DNA of 42,421 bases from Oligoflexus sp. (GTDB taxonomy: Bacteria > Bdellovibrionota_B > Oligoflexia > Oligoflexales > Oligoflexaceae), in NCBI GenBank assembly GCA_041736305.1, contig JBGSTX010000200.1, positions 1 through 42,421 on the forward strand, in the 5' to 3' direction. The notes under the pieces are model-generated. The model ran no database searches. It was not told the origin of the DNA and was given only the letters and a program-made list of their open reading frames with translations. A program made the position numbers and the translations under genes. Shown here piece by piece: positions 18,846-26,653 of the stretch. The number at the start of each line of letters is the position of its first letter. Within the stretch, counting starts at the first letter, position 1.

Positions 18846-20126
18846 ATGCGCGCTCTGATCATTTTTTTTATGTGCCTTCTTTCGTCCGGCTTGGCGCTTG
18901 GTCAGCAGCTGCCTGAATGCGTGGTGCCCAAACCTGACCCCGCCAACACAGCAGCTGTGAAGTCTAGTCTCGAAAAGCTTAGAAGTCAGTGCATCCCTCA
19001 GGTCAAAGAAATTGATCGATGTCTGACCCAAGCGCGCCTCCTTACGGGCACTATCGCTGACCTTCTACGGAAATTTCGGCCTCAGGAGAATGCGGCACCA
19101 CTCCTAGTCAATCTTGTCGCAAACGGCAGATCCGCCACTGGCCCTGTGGATTATAACGTTTTGGCGAACTTTCGTGCCTTAGAACGCGATTATCTTCAAT
19201 CCTTAGATGAAATTGAAAAATTTGCGATCAGAGCTAAAGTTGCATTTAACAATCGAGAAAAAATCAGGGATAAAATTGCTGACCTAGATCGTGGTTTTCA
19301 AGATGGAATCGAGCTGCTTAGGTCGCTGAGTGCAAGAGAATACGCTCTTCTCTCATTTATTGAACTAGCACGCGACGAAGTTATAAGGTCTTACGAACAA
19401 GCACAGCCTGAAGCTTTATGGCTCGCAGGGCCCGCCTGCGAGCTAGCGCAAACGAAGCTTGTGGTCGCAAAGGTTCAGTCGTCTATTCAAGAATTCATCG
19501 CCGATACAGACAAGATTCACCAAACAATCCGCAATGCCAGAAGTGCAAGGGAAAATCTGATCACCTACATCTATGCTTCATTACGCTCGCAGCTCGAAGA
19601 CGCTTACCGCGAATCCTTAAGTCGAGACCTATCCGGGCTGGGTAATCGGATCGATACGGTTATCCATCTTCATAGACTGTCGACTTCGTTCGAACTTTGG
19701 TTCTCATCAATCGGTGAAGACCCCGAGAGGAATTATATTGAAACCACTTACTTGCAGTTCGATGCGTCCCGGCGTTTATACGCCGCCGACCTTATTGCAG
19801 CTAAAGATTTTAGAGATAGAGTAAGGATCGTCAGTAACTCATTTCCCGACCTTGGGAAACCTTATCTTGAGCGCGTCGGATCAGTTATCAGCAATTTGGA
19901 AGGCAAATTAAAACGCGTTGAGACTAAGGGCTGGCAAGGTTTCCTTGCCTCTCAAAAGCTTATCGCTTCCCGCAGGCTGGCTAGCCCAGAGAAGTACACC
20001 CCTTCGTGTGTAAATCAGTTGCAAAGATACCTGAATCAAGCAGAACGCATACAATCTATCGATCGATACAGATCAGTTGAGAACCTGTTTATGAAAGCAA
20101 GCAAGATTTGCATGGTGCCGTCATGA
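18846..20126 (+). CDS. Secreted, largely alpha-helical hypothetical protein
   Basis: Signal peptide MRALIIFFMCLLSSGLALG; long amphipathic helices; Cys near both ends; its stop overlaps the next start (ATGA). Confidence 0.75.
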   Translation: MRALIIFFMCLLSSGLALGQQLPECVVPKPDPANTAAVKSSLEKLRSQCIPQVKEIDRCLTQARLLTGTIADLLRKFRPQENAAPLLVNLVANGRSATGPVDYNVLANFRALERDYLQSLDEIEKFAIRAKVAFNNREKIRDKIADLDRGFQDGIELLRSLSAREYALLSFIELARDEVIRSYEQAQPEALWLAGPACELAQTKLVVAKVQSSIQEFIADTDKIHQTIRNARSARENLITYIYASLRSQLEDAYRESLSRDLSGLGNRIDTVIHLHRLSTSFELWFSSIGEDPERNYIETTYLQFDASRRLYAADLIAAKDFRDRVRIVSNSFPDLGKPYLERVGSVISNLEGKLKRVETKGWQGFLASQKLIASRRLASPEKYTPSCVNQLQRYLNQAERIQSIDRYRSVENLFMKASKICMVPS

Positions 20127-21799
20127 TGAAAGCAAAATTCGGACTCCTATTTTTCCTTAGCATCACAATTATCTCTTGTGGCACTCGTCAACGAGACGAC
20201 TCAGCTAAATATTGTCCGGATGGAACCTGTTACATCGAGGCCGTCAAAACTAGCGGATCCAATCCATGTCAAGGCTTTATCGTGCCATTGGAGTGCTTAA
20301 ATCAAAGCCCCGGCACCACTCCAGGGGGTTCCTCAGGTGGCAGCACAGGCCCCGAACCTTCCATACCTGATAATCCAGGCATCACAGATGGCTGTGTTGG
20401 AGAATGTGGAGAAGCAGGTTCAGGCAACGGCAGTCCTAGCACTCCAACAAGTGATAACGGTGAGCCAACTGAAGCGGTAGTTGGCAAATTCTTTAACTCT
20501 CTAAGTAAAGAAACCTCCAAAACATGGGGAAAGATTCGCGACGAGATAAATGGAAAAAATGCAAAAAGGCGAAAAAAAGCTCGAGAAGCCAAAAGGTTAC
20601 TCGCTGAAGCTAAGGATCTTTGGGCCCAAGCAGAGATCTACGGCCGATCGATCAATGCTAGCCGCGAGGAACTCGCGGCGAATCTTGCATCTATTCAGAA
20701 CTCGGTGGCTGCAGCCGACGGAGTTAACCTCAATCAAAGCTTAAAAGAATTTCGGGATGCCTATAATTCTGGGACTCGTTCGGCGCTTGGAAATGTGCCC
20801 GAACTCAGCCCTTCAGCTTTTGCTGCGGGTACGGATCGCCATGACGCGAGTATCTACGTTGAACAAGGTAAAATCGACCAAGCAAGGCGATACCTAGACT
20901 ACGCGTCGGAAAAGGTCGAAACCTTTCGATCAAATCGTGACTATTTGGCTCGAAAGAGCCTTCTGGCCGTCTCTAAGAATGCTATCGACGAGTCCGAGGC
21001 GAGCTTTAAGGCAGGCAATCCTAGGGCGGGAAGTCAACTCTACGAATTTGGTATGGTGGCGGCAGACATTGCCATCTCAGTAACTCCGGTAATTGGATGG
21101 GGTAAAGATATCTACGAAGCTGTTTCTGGCGTCAGCCTGCTCGATAGCCGCCGCTTAAGCAGCTTCGAAAGAACGATGGCTATTGTCGGAGTATTAACGG
21201 CTGGAGTGGGTAGCAAACTTACTCTCGCCGGCAAAGCTGGAAAAATAGGAAAAGTATTGTCGAAAGGCGCTAAAAGCGCTGACGAAGCTTCGGCAGTCAT
21301 CAAATCCGCTGATAAGGCTGAGGCTATTCTCGACGCGTCTAGCACGATTGGTTGGAATGCAGCAGATATAAAAAGACTCGCGAATAATGCACGGGATGTG
21401 GTCAGACACGGCCCTATGAATCCAGGAAGAATGCATGAGATACCAATGGGGTCGGGAACCCTAGCAGATACATTTAGAAGTGGCTCGTACTTTACCTATC
21501 AAAGCACACAGCCTGTATCCCTATATCGAGTAACGGGTCGTCCACATCGCCAAGGTGATCGCATAGGCAGATTTTGGACCCGTGATAAGCCATCGGGACC
21601 AGTACAAGCTATAATTGATTCCGCTCTGGATCCAACTTGGGGCAATCTAGGAACCTATTGGACGAAAGTAGAAGTTCCAGCTGGCACTATAGTGCATGAA
21701 GGTGTAGCCGCCTCTCAAAGAGGTTTGGTCGGCGGAGGAAATCAAATTGTGATTGAAGGGGTTTTCCCGAGCTGGATCACCGAACAAGGAAAATTCTAA
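20123..21799 (+). CDS. Lipoprotein polymorphic toxin with PT-TG pre-toxin domain and C-terminal toxin domain
   Basis: Lipobox TIISC; G/S/P linker; AADIAISVTPVIGWGKDIYEAVSG..L...LSSFER...IVG (PT-TG-like); C-terminal TFRSGSY, LYRV, GRFWT, SALDP.WGN, VPAGT..HEG.AA.Q.GLVGGGNQ. Confidence 0.75.
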   Translation: MMKAKFGLLFFLSITIISCGTRQRDDSAKYCPDGTCYIEAVKTSGSNPCQGFIVPLECLNQSPGTTPGGSSGGSTGPEPSIPDNPGITDGCVGECGEAGSGNGSPSTPTSDNGEPTEAVVGKFFNSLSKETSKTWGKIRDEINGKNAKRRKKAREAKRLLAEAKDLWAQAEIYGRSINASREELAANLASIQNSVAAADGVNLNQSLKEFRDAYNSGTRSALGNVPELSPSAFAAGTDRHDASIYVEQGKIDQARRYLDYASEKVETFRSNRDYLARKSLLAVSKNAIDESEASFKAGNPRAGSQLYEFGMVAADIAISVTPVIGWGKDIYEAVSGVSLLDSRRLSSFERTMAIVGVLTAGVGSKLTLAGKAGKIGKVLSKGAKSADEASAVIKSADKAEAILDASSTIGWNAADIKRLANNARDVVRHGPMNPGRMHEIPMGSGTLADTFRSGSYFTYQSTQPVSLYRVTGRPHRQGDRIGRFWTRDKPSGPVQAIIDSALDPTWGNLGTYWTKVEVPAGTIVHEGVAASQRGLVGGGNQIVIEGVFPSWITEQGKF

Positions 21800-22077
21800 T
21801 GGCGCAGGAAGCAGAAAAATTGCTCGCTGAGTTTATTGAAATCAGAACACCACAGATGCTCGTCGAGGTCGCGAAAAGCTTATCTGAGTTCATTGAAATG
21901 GGGCTGCTGAAGGAGATAAGCCAGGACATCTCTGTCAGGGAGATTCTTGATGGACCACCTTTCCCTGATGACCTGATAAACATAGAGTTCGTCACTGTAC
22001 CTGGCGGTTCGAAGTACCTGCTGAGCTGCGAAACGTATAAGGGTTTTGGCGGAATTTTTAAAAAAATGACCCCTTAG
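21799..22077 (+). CDS. Putative immunity protein
   Basis: 92-aa acidic protein with no signal peptide, translationally coupled to the toxin (TAATG overlap); C-terminal YLLSCETYKGFGG. Confidence 0.65.
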   Translation: MAQEAEKLLAEFIEIRTPQMLVEVAKSLSEFIEMGLLKEISQDISVREILDGPPFPDDLINIEFVTVPGGSKYLLSCETYKGFGGIFKKMTP

Positions 22078-22530
22078 ACTAGTGCCGAGATGTAGCTCGA
22101 CCTCGAAGCTAGAGGCTCAAACTGAATGGTAGTTCCTTAACAATAGGCGCATACTTGGTGAACGCGTAAACATTCACCTTGTCGAGGAACACTGCGAAGT
22201 GATCGCCAAGAGAATCTTCCTATCGATCTCTGCACTTCTTTTGAACAGCTCGAACTGCTCTGAAAAGCTTTCCCCTGAAGGAATGTGGCCATTGCAAAGC
22301 TATGGAGGTAGCGCTGGAATTCGAACGACCGGCGGTATCACGTTGTACAGGGCTGGTAGGTTATCTACTGAGCTTCGACAGGCCGAGAAGCCTACTCAGC
22401 GTCCGTCACCGATCGCCAGAATCATTATGATGTTTTGGCTGCTTGGTGAGTCTTACTCCGCATTATATTTATGCACCGAAAGCCCGCAGGACACATTCGG
22501 GACGCTTTCTAAGACTGAAACCCCCGCACG

Positions 22531-22573
22531 CAAAAAAGCCCAGTCTCGAAAAATCGAAGAACCGGGCTTTTTG
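22531..22573 (-). terminator. Intrinsic terminator downstream of tRNA-Ile
   Basis: Minus strand AAAAAGCCCGG...CTGGGCTTTTTT hairpin with U-tract. Confidence 0.7.
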
Positions 22574-22576
22574 CAA

Positions 22577-22653
22577 TGGTGGGGATGAGATGACTCGAAC
22601 ATCCGACCTCACGCTTATCAGGCGTGTGCTCTAACCAACTGAGCTACATCCCC
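22577..22653 (-). tRNA. tRNA-Ile (anticodon GAT)
   Basis: GGGGATGTAGCTCAGTTGGTTAGAGCACACGCCTGATAAGCGTGAGGTCGGATGTTCGAGTCATCTCATCCCCACCA; full cloverleaf, 77 nt, encoded CCA. Confidence 0.97.
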
Positions 22654-22776
22654 ATCGGAAGACCTTTTATAAGAAGTCTCTCTTATACTGTCAACTTCTT
22701 TCAGGTTCTTTGTTCTGGTCTAAAAGCGAAAAAAGAGCACAGCTCAAACAGCTATGCTCCATCCGTCACCGCTCTC

Positions 22777-23067
22777 TCAATGATTGAAAGCAGGTGCTTC
22801 AACTCCGGCGTCACCACCGAGTTCGTCGCCACCGATCTTGGACTTGAGACCCCAATCAGAGGCGCCGTAGCGCTTCAGCTTGCGCTGGAGAGTGCGGATA
22901 CCAATACCCAGAGCACGAGCCGTATGGGTACGGTTGAAGTTCTTCTGTCTCAGGGTTTCGAGGATGACGATTCTCTCGATCTCGCGCAGTTTAGTTCCAG
23001 GGGGGAACGTGACGGATGAGGTGTCGAAATTCAAGGCAGCTTCGTTTGTGTTATCAGGTGTCATCAT
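22777..23067 (-). CDS. Stand-alone Fis-type HTH (HTH_8) protein
   Basis: LREIERIVILETLRQKNFNRTHTARALGIGIRTLQRKLKRYG; GGAGG RBS before ATG 23067. Confidence 0.85.
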   Translation of the reverse strand: MMTPDNTNEAALNFDTSSVTFPPGTKLREIERIVILETLRQKNFNRTHTARALGIGIRTLQRKLKRYGASDWGLKSKIGGDELGGDAGVEAPAFNH

Positions 23068-23478
23068 AGCTGATTTCCTCCGATTGGCTATTATCCCGTT
23101 CCTTAAGTCCCACATGAGCAAGGCTCTAACCTCGTTTCACACAGAAATATAAGAAATCTCTGACCTGTTCTCTTTGGTACTCTGCATAGCTGGCGCTTCA
23201 GGTTTGCCATGTCTAGAAAACTTTCTCAAGGGCCAACATGAGTGGCTCACTCAAATCTTCCGTGAAGCCTTGACGTTACCTAAATGCCTTAGCTGCGACA
23301 AATTAGCAGTTTGTGGGACAATGTCAACATTTTTAGTGAGGAAATTTGGGTTTCTCGCAATTTTTTTTGCGTGCTGACAGAAACGCACTTTAAAACCCGA
23401 AAAAAGCGATTGATTTCAATGAGGAACCAGCTCTAGCTAGGCTTTATGTAGCAGTCTTATTGGCCTGGAGATAAGTCC

Positions 23479-24309
23479 TTATCGCTGACATTTTCGACAA
23501 AAGTATGTAGCTCGTCCGCCGATTTTGGATAGCTTTATTTTTGTTTCACAGCGAACACAAGCTTCATCAGAGCGACCATAAACACGCAAAGCTAGCTCAA
23601 AATATCCAGCATCACCATCAACGTGCTTATAGTCGCGAAAGCTAGTTCCACCAGCTTCTATCGCTTCCTGAAGCACCTCTTGTATCGCAGTGGCCAAAGC
23701 ATCCCAACTTTCGCGCTTCACGAGCCTTGCCTTTCGATCAGGTCTGACGCCTGCGCGAAAAAGGGCTTCGTTCGCGTAGATATTCCCAACACCGACAATA
23801 TGGTGCGCATCCATGAGAAAACTCTTCACCGCGACAGTCTTTCCTTCAGCCCGAACCGCTAAATGCTCGGCGAGCCGTGGAAACTCCAAGGGCTCTGGCC
23901 CTAGATCCTTGAAGAGCGGATGATTTGGAAATTCTTCGAGAGAACAGCTGAGAATGCAACCGAAGCGTCGGGGATCGACGAAGTGGAGAAACTGCGGCCC
24001 GTCCTCCCCCTCCAGGCGAAGGCTTGCATGAGTATGCTTCCAGCGCGAGCTTTCTTCCGGACTGAGCAGTATATTGCCACTCATCCCCAAATGAAAAATG
24101 CCATAGCCTCGCTCCGTCTCGAGGAGAAGGTACTTAGAACGACGGCTGACCTTGCGTATAGAAAAGCCGACGAGGCGATTGTTAAAGTCGGCAATAGGAA
24201 TAGGCCAGCGGAGATCGGCCCGATGGAAAGTAGCGCTACTAAGAGTGCGGCCCTCTAAAATACCACGCACCGCACGCGTCAAACATTCGACTTCAGGTAA
24301 TTCTGGCAT
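23479..24309 (-). CDS. mutM: Formamidopyrimidine-DNA glycosylase / AP lyase
   Basis: N-terminal MPELPEVE, HLGMSG, DPRRFG, GVGNIYANEALF, C-terminal zinc finger. Confidence 0.97.
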   Translation of the reverse strand: MPELPEVECLTRAVRGILEGRTLSSATFHRADLRWPIPIADFNNRLVGFSIRKVSRRSKYLLLETERGYGIFHLGMSGNILLSPEESSRWKHTHASLRLEGEDGPQFLHFVDPRRFGCILSCSLEEFPNHPLFKDLGPEPLEFPRLAEHLAVRAEGKTVAVKSFLMDAHHIVGVGNIYANEALFRAGVRPDRKARLVKRESWDALATAIQEVLQEAIEAGGTSFRDYKHVDGDAGYFELALRVYGRSDEACVRCETKIKLSKIGGRATYFCRKCQR

Positions 24310-24406
24310 AGGACCTTCGTTCGCTTTTGATAGGTGGGACTCCTGTGAATCCCACCTGTCTATGAAATCGACCCGAAGATAATGGCTCTGCCAGACGAAT
24401 ACAAGC

Positions 24407-25444
24407 CTACGAAGCGACTAAACCACGGCGAGAGCCTTTTTTACTGCCCGGACTCAGCTGCTTCTTAACCCTTAGCAGCTGCTTCTCGCTGATAAAGCCT
24501 GCCTGCATAAGGTGCTCAAGCATTCCCCAGGCGAACTGGGTTTGCGTGCTACCCTGCTCACCAGCAAGGAGCCCCCTCAGCTGTTCCCGCGCAGCTTGCT
24601 TCTGCTCACGCGTTACCAAGGGCTTATCTTCTGCGGTTGCACCTTCGCGCGAACGCTTACCCAGAGCCTGATGGCGGGCGAGCATGCTCTGCATTTGCTT
24701 CAGCAGGAGCTCGCTAGGTGGCAACTCTCCCTGGCGAGCGAGTTTTATCGCCCACGTCGCCGTAAAGAGATCCGACTGCTGACGGCAGAGGGCCTGGCAC
24801 TCGGCTGACATTTTCGTCAGGCGTCGATACCAGCCAACGGTCCTGACGTTGACGCCTACGCGCTCGGCGATAGCCTGATCTCCCTCACCCAATCGAGCTG
24901 CCTGTTGGTAGGCCGCAGCTAAATCAAGATAGAAAACATCTTCGCGTAGATTAGCAGCAATCGTATGGTAGAGTTCATCGCGAGCTGAAGCAAAAGGGAG
25001 AATTACGCACTCAATGGTTTTCCAGCCGAGCGACTTCGCCGCCAAGACTCGTCTATGGCCGTTCTTACAAACGAAGGCTGGCTCACTACCCTCATCTTTG
25101 AGACAGAGGGTCGGAAATTGGATCAGGCCGTCTTTTTCCAATGAATTGGCCAAGAGCTTAATCGATTCTTCGTGATAGCTTTCCCGAATGTTCTCGTGGA
25201 GGAGAATATTCTCAATGGGGACCTTCTGCACCGTCTTCCCAAACTTTTCGATCTGGCTCAAGAGCTGCTGGTAGGCCGCTTTACTGAGCCCTCGGCCGGC
25301 ATTTGCCGCCTCGGTAGCTGGCGGAGTTGAACGCGCCGCGGCCGTTTCCCTGGCCGTCGTCACCTCCCGTGCCGCACCTTTTACCATCTTCTCAAGATTC
25401 TTCTTCGCTGATTCTCGCATCGATGCCATGGTGTCTCTCTCCAT
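24407..25444 (-). CDS. ParB-like N-terminal (CTPase) domain protein, divergent
   Basis: NIRESY..ESI..LANSL.KDGLIQ.P, NGHRRVLAA (GxRR), N..REDV, HTH QAIAERVGVN; 2 bp after parA. Confidence 0.8.
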   Translation of the reverse strand: MERDTMASMRESAKKNLEKMVKGAAREVTTARETAAARSTPPATEAANAGRGLSKAAYQQLLSQIEKFGKTVQKVPIENILLHENIRESYHEESIKLLANSLEKDGLIQFPTLCLKDEGSEPAFVCKNGHRRVLAAKSLGWKTIECVILPFASARDELYHTIAANLREDVFYLDLAAAYQQAARLGEGDQAIAERVGVNVRTVGWYRRLTKMSAECQALCRQQSDLFTATWAIKLARQGELPPSELLLKQMQSMLARHQALGKRSREGATAEDKPLVTREQKQAAREQLRGLLAGEQGSTQTQFAWGMLEHLMQAGFISEKQLLRVKKQLSPGSKKGSRRGLVAS

Positions 25445-25446
25445 CC

Positions 25447-26355
25447 TTAGAGCAAATCAATTTCCTGCAGACCTTCCGTGATCTGCCACTCGTCGCTGCG
25501 CTCTTCCTGCTTCTCCTTGATAACCCCGAGGAGACGCAGATCTGGACGCTGGGCTTTAGCTCGCTGCTCAGCAGCTTTCATCAGAGCTTTAGTAAGCTTC
25601 CGATAGTCATCCTTGACAGCATGGGCACTCGGAAGGGAAGCTGCCGGGCAACTCTGAAGGCTTCCTGAAGCCACTGCATTTGAAACCCGTATATGCGGCT
25701 TAATGAGCTGAACGCGTGCTTGCTTGAGATGTTTACCGATAAAGCGGATATAGGAGTCGTGAGCCGGAATCTTCTTTACGCAGCTGAGTATCACACCGAG
25801 ACAGTTGAGATTGTCATTTTCCTCGTCACGGATCTCTTCACACTCAGCGACCAGATCAAGAAAGCCATCGTAGCTATCTGGTTCAGGAAAGCTGGGGATG
25901 AGGTACCAGTTGGAAGCCGCCAGGGCAGCTTGGAGCAAAATATTGATTTGCGGCTTGGTGTCTATCAGGACGTAATCGAAGTTCTTGTCGACATTCTTCA
26001 GCAGATGCTTGAAGAGCTTGATGCCACGGGCCGAACGCCCGAATTCCGTCTGAGCATTTTTCAGCTCTTTGGTAGAGGGTACGACCCAGATGTTTTTAAA
26101 GGTGCTTTCGACCATGACCTGCTCGCAGGGGAGCTTGTTGCTGAGCGCATGCCAGAGGGTTTCGTGCTGGCGATCGAAGCGATCCCTAACCCCCAAGGCT
26201 TTGGTAGCGTTGCCTTGATCATCTGCATCGATGACAAGGACGCGCTTGCCGTATTCGACACCTAGCAGATAAGCGATATTCGTTACCGCCGTGGTTTTAC
26301 CCACTCCGCCTTTGATATTTGCGAAAGTTATTATCTTGGCGTTCGCTTGCCGCAT
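25447..26355 (-). CDS. ParA/Soj-family ATPase
   Basis: Deviant Walker A NIKGGVGKTT, VLVIDADDQGNAT, FDYVLIDTKP. Confidence 0.92.
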   Translation of the reverse strand: MRQANAKIITFANIKGGVGKTTAVTNIAYLLGVEYGKRVLVIDADDQGNATKALGVRDRFDRQHETLWHALSNKLPCEQVMVESTFKNIWVVPSTKELKNAQTEFGRSARGIKLFKHLLKNVDKNFDYVLIDTKPQINILLQAALAASNWYLIPSFPEPDSYDGFLDLVAECEEIRDEENDNLNCLGVILSCVKKIPAHDSYIRFIGKHLKQARVQLIKPHIRVSNAVASGSLQSCPAASLPSAHAVKDDYRKLTKALMKAAEQRAKAQRPDLRLLGVIKEKQEERSDEWQITEGLQEIDLL

Positions 26356-26525
26356 GAGAACCCTCCCTGATTCGAGAACCGTTCTTGATCATAGCCGAGC
26401 ATCCGGCGATGCCTCCATGATCTTCCGAGCAACCTCTGTGATGCGCTACTTGATGGTTAGAAGATACGGTACCTATTTTCCGTAGGGCGAACAAGCCTAA
26501 GTTAGATTTCCCGCTAATTAGAGGG

Positions 26526-26623
26526 TTTGTACATGATGTACAAAGATTTAACAGGGAAACGGAGGAGCATTGATTGCGTCTAGGAGGGGAGAAAGGAGAC
26601 CTTTGTACATGATGTACAAAGGT
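26526..26623. promoter_or_regulatory. Two identical 19-bp palindromes upstream of parA (candidate parS/operator)
   Basis: TTTGTACATGATGTACAAA at 26526-26544 and 26602-26620. Confidence 0.65.
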
Positions 26624-26653
26624 AGTAACTTTCAGCTAGGGTAACTCCGCTCT

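Larger units (their letters stand above)
16959..22615. mobile_element. tRNA-Ile-integrated genomic island (defective; no intact integrase) carrying the toxin operon
   Basis: Bounded by 39-bp direct repeats of the tRNA 3' half; contains a Prim-Pol relic and cargo genes. Confidence 0.75.

Noticed and set aside
22078-22634. ORFs 22199-22588 and 22443-22634, or an integrase next to the tRNA
   Set aside because: They run into the terminator and tRNA antisense and show no recombinase motifs. Short minus-strand frames may be a gene relic, but I cannot assign them
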